Below, one piece after another: positions 35,476 to 45,339 of a DNA stretch of 64,000 bases; positions within the stretch are counted from its first letter, which is position 1, and each line of letters starts with the position of its first letter. The stretch comes from Thermoanaerobaculia bacterium (GTDB taxonomy: Bacteria; Acidobacteriota; Thermoanaerobaculia; Multivoradales; Multivoraceae): positions 3,936,001-4,000,000 of the forward strand of contig OY762911.1 of assembly GCA_963666565.1 (NCBI GenBank). Direction: 5' to 3'. The translations under genes and the position numbers were made by a program. The notes beneath the pieces are model-generated. The model saw nothing but the letters and a program-made list of their open reading frames with translations. It made no database searches and was not told where the DNA came from.

Positions 35476-36675
35476 ATGAGACGATCCTCACTCCTACTGA
35501 TCCACACTCTTCTCATCGCTTCGGCCCTATCCGGTCAGACGTTCACGGTAGACGGTGCGGGGGCCGGTCCCGTCGAGCTGCCACAGCCCCTGACAGATGG
35601 GCAGTGGTTCGCCGAACTCGAGAGCTTCAATGAGTCGCGCGACCTCTCTCCCTATCTCCCCACTAGCCAACGCTGTTCCGAACCTGAACCACGTTTCGCT
35701 ATCGAGTCGAAGGTCTACAGAGTCACGGAGGGCCTTACTCGGACCGAACACCATCTTGGGGGTGCGTTCACTGTCGGAGTACGGGGATTTCCTGCCGGTT
35801 CAACCCAAGTACAGGTACGGGATTCGCTAACCACCTCGCCCGACCCATCCGCTGACCCGGACTGGCGATGGACTCTCAGATTCACGAAAGACGGCACACC
35901 TAAACCTCCTACGAAGGATGGGGACACGTTCGTGGTTCACGGCAGGGGGTCACCGCTTCAGGTAGCCCTGCCCGTACCACTAACTGAAGGCATGTACCGG
36001 GTAGACCTCCAGACCTACAAGGACGGTCGGCCGTTCGGAGTCTACGTAGCCGGCGGCGACTTCTACTTGAGCTCGGACAGGGTGCAATACTGCCGTGTTG
36101 TACGTGGCATTGACAACCGCGCTCGAATCCACGTCGGCCGCGACGTCGTCGCTGGTGCAGCGTTTCTACTCCCTAGGCAGATTCGACCCGACGTACTATG
36201 GAGCGTCCGCTTCACGAAGGATGGTACGCCGCTACTGCCTGATCCTCCTTCTCCACCGGAGGACTGTCCGAACGACAGCGTCTGCGAAGCGCCGCTCCCG
36301 GAATCTCCAGAACCTCCGCCCTCGGACGACATTTGCCCGGCCACTCGCGCCTGCTTGAACCAAGCGAAGTTCTGGGTAAGCGTGGACTACTACGAGGGTT
36401 ACTGGAAGACGGCCACGGTACTCAAGGAAGCGAACCTCCCGGACACCGCCGCCCTTTTCTGGTTCTACGACCCGAACAACCCTGAGCTTCTAGTCAAGGT
36501 TCTGAACGGCTGCGGAATCAACGGCCACTGGTGGGTATACGGTTCCGCCGCCACTGATAGGGACTATGAAGTAACCGTGCGACGACCAAACCAAACAGGT
36601 CTTCGGTTCCGCCGAATCTCGCCCGCTGTTCCGATAGCCTACACAACAGGAATTCCTTGCCTCAACGAAGAGTAG
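35476..36675 (+). CDS. Secreted hypothetical protein: two internal repeats, Pro linker and a conserved C-terminal domain (LFWFYDPNNPELLVKVLNGC..NGHWW)
   Basis: Signal peptide; repeats ending WTLRFTKDGTP and WSVRFTKDGTP; codon usage is less GC-biased than the flanking genes. Confidence 0.75.
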   Translation: MRRSSLLLIHTLLIASALSGQTFTVDGAGAGPVELPQPLTDGQWFAELESFNESRDLSPYLPTSQRCSEPEPRFAIESKVYRVTEGLTRTEHHLGGAFTVGVRGFPAGSTQVQVRDSLTTSPDPSADPDWRWTLRFTKDGTPKPPTKDGDTFVVHGRGSPLQVALPVPLTEGMYRVDLQTYKDGRPFGVYVAGGDFYLSSDRVQYCRVVRGIDNRARIHVGRDVVAGAAFLLPRQIRPDVLWSVRFTKDGTPLLPDPPSPPEDCPNDSVCEAPLPESPEPPPSDDICPATRACLNQAKFWVSVDYYEGYWKTATVLKEANLPDTAALFWFYDPNNPELLVKVLNGCGINGHWWVYGSAATDRDYEVTVRRPNQTGLRFRRISPAVPIAYTTGIPCLNEE

Positions 36676-36708
36676 AGAGATGTTTGGGCGGGACCTGGCG
36701 TCAAGATC

Positions 36709-37749
36709 ATGTACGAGCACATAACGATTCATCGATTTCGGCTCTTCCGTGACGTCCATGTCGACGGGTTGCGCAGGATCAATCTGCTCACCGGGGCAAA
36801 CAACTCTGGGAAGACAGCTCTTCTGGAGGCACTCCTCCTGCTATCCGGAGGAGCAAACGGCGAACTCCCTCTTCGTCTCAACAGAATCAGAGGTTTGGCG
36901 GCTTCTGGAACGATCCGTCAAGTCGCCAATGCCCTCTTCGGTCCGCTGTTTCCGAAGCTGGATACGGCTGACCCTGTGGTGATCGAAGGTCGCCACTCGG
37001 ACTTCGGGCGCATGAAAGTAACTCTGTCGCTTCGCGACAGTGAAACGACGAGCCTGCCTCTGGAACCGGCGCAGCACGCCGAAGAAGACCTGCAGCACGT
37101 CAGCCTCCACCTTTCATTCGCGCGGGATTCAGCACCGCAACAGGAAGTTGAGGTGAAATGTACTCCCAACGGCTTCGAGATGCAGCCTCCCCCCGCTGAC
37201 GCTCCGCTCCGCTGCAGCATTCTCACCTCGAAGACCGGCAACGCGGAAGAAGACGCAGGCCGCTACAGTCGATTGCGCGTTCGGAAACAGGGAGATGTCC
37301 TGCTCGAGGCCCTCCGGATCATCGAACCCCGACTGGAGCAGATCGAGGTCAACTCAGCGAGCGGGAGGAGCATTCTCTGTGGCGACATCGGCCTGCCTGA
37401 ACTGTTGCCTCTCGGCTTGATGGGCGAGGGCATGTCTAGGGTCGCGCGGCTGATTCTCGCTATCGCGGACTCGCCTGGAGGGGTGGTCCTCGTGGACGAG
37501 ATAGAGAACGGTGTACACCACAGTGTTCTCCCCGGAGTTTGGCGCGCTGTCGACGAAGCCGCAGTGCGAGCAAGAACGCAGGTGTTCGCGACCACCCACA
37601 GCTTCGAGTGCGTACAGGCGGCCTCTGCAATGATCGGCGACGGCCTAGGGCTCTACCGCCTCCAACCAGACGTCGCTTCACGGCCCATCGTCGACTATCC
37701 GACAGAAGCACTGGAAGGCGCCTTGGAAAACGGAATCGAAGTCCGTTGA
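36709..37749 (+). CDS. AAA/ABC-type ATPase (AAA_15/AAA_21-like)
   Basis: GANNSGKT Walker A, MGEG signature, LVDEIENGVH Walker B, FATTHS. Confidence 0.9.
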   Translation: MYEHITIHRFRLFRDVHVDGLRRINLLTGANNSGKTALLEALLLLSGGANGELPLRLNRIRGLAASGTIRQVANALFGPLFPKLDTADPVVIEGRHSDFGRMKVTLSLRDSETTSLPLEPAQHAEEDLQHVSLHLSFARDSAPQQEVEVKCTPNGFEMQPPPADAPLRCSILTSKTGNAEEDAGRYSRLRVRKQGDVLLEALRIIEPRLEQIEVNSASGRSILCGDIGLPELLPLGLMGEGMSRVARLILAIADSPGGVVLVDEIENGVHHSVLPGVWRAVDEAAVRARTQVFATTHSFECVQAASAMIGDGLGLYRLQPDVASRPIVDYPTEALEGALENGIEVR

Positions 37750-38408
37750 GAGAGTCGTCGAATCGCGCGTCGCGTCAGGTTGAGATCCACTCGGAGGCCC
37801 AACTTCTGGTTGAGGGCAAGAGCGACCGAGACTTCGTCGAGACTCTGATCAAGAGACGCTCGCTCGGCACGATTCAGGTCCAAACCTTCGAGGGCGCCAA
37901 CAACTTGAGGAAGTTCCTCGCGGGCTTCGTCCGCAGTCCGAACTTCCACCGCGTGTCCAGCCTGGGCGTCCTGCGAGATGCTGACGACGATCCCGCGGCC
38001 GCGTTCCAGAGTGTCAGCCACGCCATTCAAGACTACGTTGGCAACCCCCCCGCCGAGGCGGGTGTCTTCACCCGAGGCCAAGCGGGAACCGCGACGCCTG
38101 GACTGGGCGTTCTCATCGTGCCGCTAGACGGTCCTGGCATGCTGGAGACCGTTCTCTGCAGGACGTTTGCCGGCCAGCCGATCGCGGCCTGCATCGACGA
38201 CTTCATGGCATGCGCCGTCGACGCTGGAGAGCTGCGCCAAGAGTCGGCCAAGGCGCGCGCGCATGCCTATCTCTCGACCCGGCAACGGCCCGGGCGCGAC
38301 TTCGGACTCGCGGCGCGACAAGGCTACTGGGACCTCGATCACGCCGCCCTGAACCCGATCGCGGACTTCGTACGCGCCATCGCCGAAGGCCGCCCGGCGA
38401 AGGCCTAG
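37746..38408 (+). CDS. DUF3226-like TOPRIM-fold protein
   Basis: LLVEGKSD, LGVLRDADDD, GMLETV, AKARAHAYLS, YWDLDH. The TTG start overlaps the ATPase stop (TTGA). Confidence 0.78.
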   Translation: MRESSNRASRQVEIHSEAQLLVEGKSDRDFVETLIKRRSLGTIQVQTFEGANNLRKFLAGFVRSPNFHRVSSLGVLRDADDDPAAAFQSVSHAIQDYVGNPPAEAGVFTRGQAGTATPGLGVLIVPLDGPGMLETVLCRTFAGQPIAACIDDFMACAVDAGELRQESAKARAHAYLSTRQRPGRDFGLAARQGYWDLDHAALNPIADFVRAIAEGRPAKA

Positions 38409-38659
38409 ATCCAGCCTTGGTCCTCTGCGCAACGTCGCAGGGCATCCCGCGCAGCATCCGACAGAGCGCGACTCACTCCCAGCTGGCGTGCCCAGCCACC
38501 GTGCTGGCGCAACGTCGTCACATCAGCCAGGAAGGCCGCTTCGGCAGCGCAAGGGAGCGAAGCTGGTTCTTTGGCCGCTGGAGGCTGTGCAAACCCGAAC
38601 CCAGCGGCCAACGCCAAGACGGCGACTCCTGCCAGGTAGAAGAGGCCTCGCATCTTCAT
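38405..38659 (-). CDS. Small secreted hypothetical protein (84 aa, two Cys)
   Basis: GGAGG RBS; MKMRGLFYLAGVAVLALAAGFGFA signal peptide. Only appears as the tail of a shadow ORF in the track. Confidence 0.6.
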   Translation of the reverse strand: MKMRGLFYLAGVAVLALAAGFGFAQPPAAKEPASLPCAAEAAFLADVTTLRQHGGWARQLGVSRALSDAARDALRRCAEDQGWI

Positions 38660-38800
38660 GGCGTGGTCCTCCGCCGGCACGTTGGTTTGCGAGTGGGAGC
38701 GTCGAACAAGCACGAGAATCTCCTTCCGTCTGTGGGCGTTGGCGTGGACGGGGCATCGTACCCGACCGGTTCCCCTTGTCCGCGCTAACATGCGCCGCCG

Positions 38801-39859
38801 ATGACGGAGAGCCGCCAGGAGAAGTTCTCGGGTACGCGGGAGGTCGCGGAGCGCCTCAGCTTCGACCTGGCGCCGCTGCAGCGCTATCTCGAAGAGCATG
38901 TCGAGGGGTTCTCGGGCGACCTGAAGGTCCAGCAGTTCAAGGGTGGCCAGTCCTGCCCCACCTACCTGCTCGAGGCCGGCGGCAAGAGCTACGTGCTGCG
39001 CCGCAAGCCGCCCGGCAAGCTGCTGCCTTCGGCGCACGCCGTGGACCGCGAGTACCGGGTGATGACGGCGCTCCGCGACACGGGCGTCCCGGTGCCGCGC
39101 ACGTACTGCCTGTGCACGGACGAGTCGGTCGTCGGCACGATGTTCTTCGTCATGGAGCACGTCAAGGGCCGGATCCTCTGGGAGGCGCTGCTGCCGGGCA
39201 TGGAACCTGCCCAGCGCTTCGCGATCTACGACGCGATGAACCGGACGCTCGCCAAGCTGCACGCGGTCGACTACGAAGCGGTGGGCCTCTCGACCTACGG
39301 CAAGCCCGGCAACTACTTCGCGCGCCAGATCCACCGCTGGACGAAGCAGTACCTCGCCTCGGAGACCCGGGACATCCCCGCGATGAACGCGCTGATCGAG
39401 TGGCTGCCGGCCAACATCCCGGACGGCGACGAGACGACGATCGTCCACGGCGACTTCCGGCTCGACAACATGATCCTGCACCCGGAACGGGCCGAAGTGA
39501 TCGCGATCCTCGACTGGGAACTGGGCACGCTCGGCCATCCGCTGGCCGACTTCAGCTACCACACGATGCAGTGGGAGATTCCGAAGGAGAAGGGCGGACT
39601 CAAGGGCCGCGACCTGGAGGCGCTCGGCATTCCGACCCTCGAGACCTACCGCGACGCCTACTGCCGCCGGACCGGCCGTGACGGCATCGCGCACTGGAAC
39701 TTCTACCTCGCCTACAACCTCTTCCGCAGCGCCGGCATCGCCCAGGGCATCGCCGGCCGGGTGCGCGACGGCACCGCCGCCAGCGCCCACGCGAAGGAAG
39801 TCGGCGAATCCGTGCCCCGCACAGCGGGTCTGGCCTGGGAAGTCGCTCAGCGGGCCTGA
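38801..39859 (+). CDS. Phosphotransferase (APH / ACAD10-11 N-terminal-like) family protein
   Basis: QFKGGQS.PTY, LRRKPPGKLLPSAHAVDRE, HGDFRLDN, LDWELGTLG. Confidence 0.92.
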   Translation: MTESRQEKFSGTREVAERLSFDLAPLQRYLEEHVEGFSGDLKVQQFKGGQSCPTYLLEAGGKSYVLRRKPPGKLLPSAHAVDREYRVMTALRDTGVPVPRTYCLCTDESVVGTMFFVMEHVKGRILWEALLPGMEPAQRFAIYDAMNRTLAKLHAVDYEAVGLSTYGKPGNYFARQIHRWTKQYLASETRDIPAMNALIEWLPANIPDGDETTIVHGDFRLDNMILHPERAEVIAILDWELGTLGHPLADFSYHTMQWEIPKEKGGLKGRDLEALGIPTLETYRDAYCRRTGRDGIAHWNFYLAYNLFRSAGIAQGIAGRVRDGTAASAHAKEVGESVPRTAGLAWEVAQRA

Positions 39860-39898
39860 ACCCCGAACCCGCTTCCTCCGTAGAAGACAGCGGCCCTC

Positions 39899-41191
39899 AT
39901 GGACTGGACCGCCATTCGCCTGCTCTACCTGAGCGAACTCCGCTCCGCGCTGCGGGAGCGATCCGTCCTCATCAACGGGATCCTGATTCCGCTGCTGATG
40001 TACCCGCTGATGATGTGGGTCATGTTCTCGGCGATCCTGTTCGTGACCGCCCGCACCGAGAGCTTCGCCTCGCGGGTCGAGATCGCGGGCCTGCCGGCCG
40101 AGCACCGCGGCCTGCTCGAGCGGCTGGAAGAAGAGGGCCGAGTCGACGTCGCCGAGGTCGACGCCCTGCCGGCCGCCGCGGCCGCCGCCTACCGCGCCGG
40201 CATCGAGGAACGCCTCCTCGCCGACGACCTCGACGCCGCCCTGATCTTCGAGCCCGCGGCCGCCGGCCCGCCGGGAAACGCCGCCGTCTCGCTCCTGAGC
40301 AACGGATCGAGCGACCAGTCGCAGACCGCGCGCGGGCGCCTGGAGCGGGCGCTCTCCGCCGAACGCTCGGACTGGCTCGACCGGATCGCCAGCCGGCACG
40401 GCCTCGAAGGCGCCGAGTGGCAGGTGTTCGAGGTCGAGTCCGACAACCTGGCCACCGGCATCGAGATGGGCCAGTTCGTGATGGGGATGATGATCCCCCT
40501 GTTCTTCGTCATCATGATCGCGAACGGCTGCCTCTACCCCGCCGTCGACTCGACCGCCGGCGAGCGCGAACGGAACACCTGGGAGACCACCAGCACGCTC
40601 GCCACGCGGCGCATCCACATCGTCGCCGCCAAGTACCTGTACGTCGCCACGATGGGCACCGTCGCCGGCGCGCTGAACGCCGCCGCCATGGTCCTCTCCT
40701 TCCGCACCTTCCTGGCGCCGCTGCTGGCCCGGATGGGCGGCGGCGACGGCAGCGGATTCGCCTTCGAGCTGCCGTTGCGCTCCCTGCCGGTTCTCCTTCT
40801 CACCGCCGTGCTGCTGGGCGCCCTGATCGGCGCCGGGATGATGATCCTCGCGGCCTTCGCCCGCACCTTCAAGGAAGGCCAGTCCACGGTCACGCCGCTC
40901 TACCTGCTCGTCGTCTTCCCTGTCGTCCTCCTGAACGACCCGAGCCTGGAGTTCACGCCGCCGCTCGCGGCCATCCCGGTCGTCAACGTCGTCCTGCTGC
41001 TGCGCCAGGCGATCGCCGGCAACCTGCTCTGGTTGCAGCTCGGCATCACGATGCTCTCGAACGCCGCCGCCATCGCCGGCTGCCTGTGGCTCGCCTCCCG
41101 CGTCCTGCGGGTCGAGGAAGTCGCCACCGGCGCCTTCGAGGGCAACCTGTTCCAGTTCCTGCGCCGGCAGTTCCATCCGAGCGCCCGATGA
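39899..41191 (+). CDS. ABC-2 exporter permease, NatB-like
   Basis: ELRSALRER, multiple TM segments, AGERERNTWET, ARTFKEGQ. Confidence 0.85.
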   Translation: MDWTAIRLLYLSELRSALRERSVLINGILIPLLMYPLMMWVMFSAILFVTARTESFASRVEIAGLPAEHRGLLERLEEEGRVDVAEVDALPAAAAAAYRAGIEERLLADDLDAALIFEPAAAGPPGNAAVSLLSNGSSDQSQTARGRLERALSAERSDWLDRIASRHGLEGAEWQVFEVESDNLATGIEMGQFVMGMMIPLFFVIMIANGCLYPAVDSTAGERERNTWETTSTLATRRIHIVAAKYLYVATMGTVAGALNAAAMVLSFRTFLAPLLARMGGGDGSGFAFELPLRSLPVLLLTAVLLGALIGAGMMILAAFARTFKEGQSTVTPLYLLVVFPVVLLNDPSLEFTPPLAAIPVVNVVLLLRQAIAGNLLWLQLGITMLSNAAAIAGCLWLASRVLRVEEVATGAFEGNLFQFLRRQFHPSAR

Positions 41192-41261
41192 CGAACGCAC
41201 GGACCGGGACGCACACGGCGCGGACGCGCCATGTGGGTACCAAGCCGGCGGGAGGTAGAGC

Positions 41262-42032
41262 GTGAGCACGATCCAGGTCGAGGTCCAGGACCTCTCCAAG
41301 AGCTTCTTCGACCAGTCGCGGGGCGAGGTCAACGCCGTGCGGAACGTCGACTTCGAGTGCCGGAGCGGCGAGATCTTCGGCCTGCTCGGCGCCAACGGCG
41401 CGGGCAAGACGACGACGCTGCGGATGATCTCCACCGTGCTGCAACCGTCGACCGGCACGGCCCGTGTGCTCGGCCACGACGTCTTGCGCGAGCCCGTGGA
41501 GGTGCGCCGCAACCTCGGCTTCTACTCGGCGAGCACGGCGCTCTATCCGCGGCTCACCGCACGCGAGACGCTGACCCTGTTCGCCCGCGTCAACAAGTAC
41601 CCGGCCGAGCGCACGAAGGACCGCGTCGAGGAGACGATCGAGCGCTTCGGCCTCGGCGACTACGCCGGCGCCAGGATCGAGAAGCTCTCGACCGGCATGA
41701 AGCAGAAAGTCTCGATCGCGCGCACCGTCGTCCACGACCCGCCCGTCCTTATCTTCGACGAGCCGACCGTCGGCCTGGACGTGCTGAACGCGCTCGACCT
41801 CCAGAAGGGCATCCAGGAGCTGCGCGACGACGGCAAGACGATCCTCTTCTCGACCCACATCATGAGCGAGGCCGAGCGCCTCTGCGACCGGATCGCGATC
41901 ATCGACAAGGGCCGGATCCGCGCCTGCGACGGCCTGGAAGGGCTGCGCGCGGCGACCTCGCGGCACTATCTGGAGGACATCTTCGTCCACTACGTCACCG
42001 GCAATGACGACACGGCGGACGAGCCCAAGTGA
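41262..42032 (+). CDS. ABC transporter ATP-binding protein, NatA-like
   Basis: GANGAGKTT, LSTGMKQK, FDEPT, STHIMSE. Confidence 0.92.
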   Translation: MSTIQVEVQDLSKSFFDQSRGEVNAVRNVDFECRSGEIFGLLGANGAGKTTTLRMISTVLQPSTGTARVLGHDVLREPVEVRRNLGFYSASTALYPRLTARETLTLFARVNKYPAERTKDRVEETIERFGLGDYAGARIEKLSTGMKQKVSIARTVVHDPPVLIFDEPTVGLDVLNALDLQKGIQELRDDGKTILFSTHIMSEAERLCDRIAIIDKGRIRACDGLEGLRAATSRHYLEDIFVHYVTGNDDTADEPK

Positions 42033-44212
42033 GCCGCCGCACCGTCGGCGCCCTGGTCGCGAACGACCTGCGTCAGCTCGCCCGGAACCCCCGGCTGCTG
42101 ATCTTCGCCGTCGCGCTGCCGCTCGTCCTGTGGCCGCTGATGTGGTTCCTGACCTCGCTGACCGGGGAGCGGCGGCAGGAACGGCTGGAGAGCCGCACCT
42201 ACCTCTACGCCGTGGCCGATGCGGCGGCCGCGGCCGACGGCCCCACGGCAGCGGACGACCCGACGGCGGCCGAAGACTCGGCTGCGGCCAACGGCGCGGC
42301 TTGGCTCGAACGGGCGCTGGCGACCGTCGGCGAAGACGCAGGGGCTGGCTACGCCGCGCCCGAAGACGGACCGGCGGTGCGCTTCGAGCGCGTTCCCGCG
42401 CCGGACGACCTGGCCGCCGCGCTCGAGGCCGGCGAACTCCACGTCCACGTCGCCTGGCGGTCCGGCCCCGGCAACGACCGCGCGTCCCCGGACCCCGGCG
42501 AGGCGGCCGGCGCGACAGGCGACACGGGGGCGGCAGCCGGCGAACCGACCGACGACGACCGCGAGGCGGCCGCAGCAACGGGCGACGAGGCCGCGGCAAC
42601 CGAGGACCCGGTGCCGCGGGCCGTTCTCACCTACCGCGCCGACCTCGACGCCTCGAACGCCGCGGAGGGTTTCCTGCGGCGCGCCCTGCAACAAACCCGC
42701 GTCGAAGTCCGCGACCGGCGTCTCGTCGCCGCCGGCTTCGAGACGGATCCCGCGGACCTGCTGCCGGTCGAACGGATCGAAACCGCGAGCCAGGAGCAGA
42801 CCTCGGGGCTGCTGCTCGGCCGCATCCTGACCGCGATCATCGTGCTGATGATGCTGACTGGCGGCTCGATCGTCGCCACCGACGCGCTGGCGGGCGAGAA
42901 GGAACGCGGCACGCTCGAAACCCTGCTGACGACGGCCGCCCGCCGGATCGAGATCGTCGTCGCCAAGAACCTCTCGATCCTGTCCGTCGCGCTGATCACG
43001 AGCGTGCTCAACATCGCGAACATCGTGCTGTGGATGCAGTTCGACGTCATCCCGGCGCCCGAGGGCCTGAAGCTGGTCGTCCCGATCGGGACGGGCCTGC
43101 TGCTGGTCCTGCTCTACGCGCCGGCCGCGGTGCTGCTCTCCAGCGCCCTGCTGCTCGTCTCCGGCCGCTCGAAGACGTACAAGGAGGCGCAACTGCTGTT
43201 CGCGCCGGTGATGCTCGGATCGCTCGCCATCGCCGCCATCCCGGTGCTGCCGGGCATCGAACTGCGCAGCGCGATCGTCCTCGTGCCGATCGCCAATCTC
43301 GGCGTCGCGGCCCGCGAGATCCTGACCGGCGCCTTCGACTGGCCGCTGCTCGCCGCCGCCTGGACGGTCACCGCCGGCGCCGCGGCCCTGCTCGCCCTCG
43401 CTTCCGTCCGCGCCCTGTCCGCCGAGAAGCTGATCACCGCCAGCGACACGGACGCCGCCGACCTCGCGGGCGGACCCGCGCTCTTCCCGCGCCGCGTCGC
43501 GCGCTGGTTCGCCGTCCTCTGGGCCCTGCTCCTGGTGTGGCAACTGAACGTCGGCGGCATCGACAGCCGCCTGCTCATCGCCATCAACATGTCCATCTTC
43601 GGCGCCGCCGCCTGGCTGATGATCGTCCGCTATCGGCTGCCCCTGCGCGAGACCCTGTCGCTCCGGGCGCCGCCCGCGACCGCCTGGCTGGGCGTCCTGA
43701 TCGCCGCCCCGGCGGGCCTCGTCCTGGCCAACGGCGTCGTCCGCCTCGCCAGCCTGGCGATGCCGATCCCGGAAGAGTGGATCGAAGCGATGGCCGACGC
43801 CTTCGGCGCCGACCTCCCGCTCTGGCAGATGCTCTTCTTCTTCGCCGTCCTGCCCGGCATCTTCGAGGAGATCGCCTTCCGCGGCGTCCTCCTCCACGGC
43901 CTGAGAACGCGGCTCCGCCCGGTCCCCCTCGTCCTCGTCGCCGGCATCGCCTTCGGCTTCTTCCACGTAGACCTCTTCCGGATTCCCCCCACCGCGCTGC
44001 TCGGCATCTTCCTCGTGATCGCCGTCCTCCGCTCCGGCTCCATCTACCCGGCCATGGCCTGGCACGCGCTGCACAACGCCCTCGCCCTCGGCAGCGCCCG
44101 CGTCGAGCAGATCCCGCTTCCCGAACAACCGCCCTGGTGGCACTACGCCCTGGCCCTGGCCGCCCTTCTCCTCGCCTTCCGTCTGATGGGCCGACAGGCC
44201 AAGGCGCCTTGA
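42029..44212 (+). CDS. NatB-like ABC permease fused to a CPBP (CAAX) intramembrane metalloprotease domain
   Basis: AGEKERGTLETLL, KTYKEAQ; C-terminal EEIAFRG, FGFFH, HALHN. Confidence 0.88.
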   Translation: MSRRTVGALVANDLRQLARNPRLLIFAVALPLVLWPLMWFLTSLTGERRQERLESRTYLYAVADAAAAADGPTAADDPTAAEDSAAANGAAWLERALATVGEDAGAGYAAPEDGPAVRFERVPAPDDLAAALEAGELHVHVAWRSGPGNDRASPDPGEAAGATGDTGAAAGEPTDDDREAAAATGDEAAATEDPVPRAVLTYRADLDASNAAEGFLRRALQQTRVEVRDRRLVAAGFETDPADLLPVERIETASQEQTSGLLLGRILTAIIVLMMLTGGSIVATDALAGEKERGTLETLLTTAARRIEIVVAKNLSILSVALITSVLNIANIVLWMQFDVIPAPEGLKLVVPIGTGLLLVLLYAPAAVLLSSALLLVSGRSKTYKEAQLLFAPVMLGSLAIAAIPVLPGIELRSAIVLVPIANLGVAAREILTGAFDWPLLAAAWTVTAGAAALLALASVRALSAEKLITASDTDAADLAGGPALFPRRVARWFAVLWALLLVWQLNVGGIDSRLLIAINMSIFGAAAWLMIVRYRLPLRETLSLRAPPATAWLGVLIAAPAGLVLANGVVRLASLAMPIPEEWIEAMADAFGADLPLWQMLFFFAVLPGIFEEIAFRGVLLHGLRTRLRPVPLVLVAGIAFGFFHVDLFRIPPTALLGIFLVIAVLRSGSIYPAMAWHALHNALALGSARVEQIPLPEQPPWWHYALALAALLLAFRLMGRQAKAP

Positions 44213-44296
44213 ATCTCCCCTCGCCACGACTCCGCCATCCAAAGTCAAGAAAAGCCGCAACGCCCGACACGACGGACCATCACAGCAAGCCGTCCA

Positions 44297-44471
44297 GGCG
44301 GAAGCGGGCCGGAGGGGAGGGTCCCAGGGGGTCGGAGCCAAGCGACTCCCGGCGACGCCGCGTCGACCGACGCCGACGTGAAGCGCAGACGACAACAGCG
44401 AGCCCATACCCCCCATCCACTCCGAGAGGGCGAGCGTCCCCTGGGACCCTCCCCTCCGGCCCGCTTCCGCC
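44297..44471. mobile_element. Family B MITE-like element with perfect 34-bp terminal inverted repeats
   Basis: GGCGGAAGCGGGCCGGAGGGGAGGGTCCCAGGGG (44297-44330) is the exact reverse complement of 44438-44471. Lies between convergent genes. Confidence 0.7.
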
Positions 44472-44486
44472 GGGTGCGTCCGCCGC

Positions 44487-45272
44487 TCAGTTGACCCAGG
44501 GGCCGCGGCGCACGCGGTCCTCGTCCTTCGGCTTCGCGCCGCCTGGGACGACCCGGAACCTGCGTCGGCCGCGGTTCAGCTTCTGCTTGACGGACCAGCG
44601 CTCGTAGCGGAGGCGCACCTGCCGCATCAGCCCCTTCGCGCGCCCCGGCCGCAGCAGGACGAACACGGCGCCGACCGCGGTGCAGATGCCGAGGAAGCCG
44701 GCCAGATCGCCGGTGCCCAGGAAGCCGATCCAGGCGAACGCGATCTCGATGGCGATGAACCATTTCGCCCTGATGGGCAGGATGAAGAAGAGCATGATCG
44801 TCGCGTCGCGCCGCATGAGGGCGAAGCCGGCGATCGCGATCGCCAGCAGCATCCGCTGGCCCTGCATCAGGACGAAGGCGTTGCCGCCGGCGCCGAACGG
44901 AACCTGCACCAGGCAGGCGACGACGGCCGCCCCGCCGGCCGCCATCCACAGCAGGTTCCAGAACCGCTGCCGGCCGAGCGACCAGCGCAGATCGTTCGCG
45001 AACATGTAGAAGATCAGGAGTTCCAGCAGGAACCAGATCGACGGCCCGCCCCAGCCGGCCGCCGGATAGGTCAGGAGCTGCCAGACCGTCCCCTGCTGCC
45101 ACACCGAACTCGACAGCCGCATCAGCTCCGGCAAGAGGGCCAGCCCCGGCAGGAACTGCATCGAGAAGGTGACGAACAGCACCCCCACGAGCAGCAGCAG
45201 GTCGCGCGCGTGGGGGCCCGAGAGCCCGCCGAAGCTCACCCTGCGCGCGTAGGGTCCTCCACCCATCGTCAT
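44487..45272 (-). CDS. Rhomboid-like (DUF1751-type) membrane protein
   Basis: VWQLLTY, YMFANDL, FFILPIRAKW, several TM helices. No GxSG catalytic motif is evident. Confidence 0.7.
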   Translation of the reverse strand: MTMGGGPYARRVSFGGLSGPHARDLLLLVGVLFVTFSMQFLPGLALLPELMRLSSSVWQQGTVWQLLTYPAAGWGGPSIWFLLELLIFYMFANDLRWSLGRQRFWNLLWMAAGGAAVVACLVQVPFGAGGNAFVLMQGQRMLLAIAIAGFALMRRDATIMLFFILPIRAKWFIAIEIAFAWIGFLGTGDLAGFLGICTAVGAVFVLLRPGRAKGLMRQVRLRYERWSVKQKLNRGRRRFRVVPGGAKPKDEDRVRRGPWVN

Positions 45273-45339
45273 GGTGCGGGATTGTAGCTGCCGCAAGCGC
45301 GTACAATCGCCGGCCACCTGAGACGGGAGGGCGACGGAG

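Noticed and set aside
35206-38800. Prophage or integrative element
   Set aside because: Composition is atypical, but no integrase, transposase, att-like direct repeats or phage genes are visible. Kept only as a lower-GC islet.
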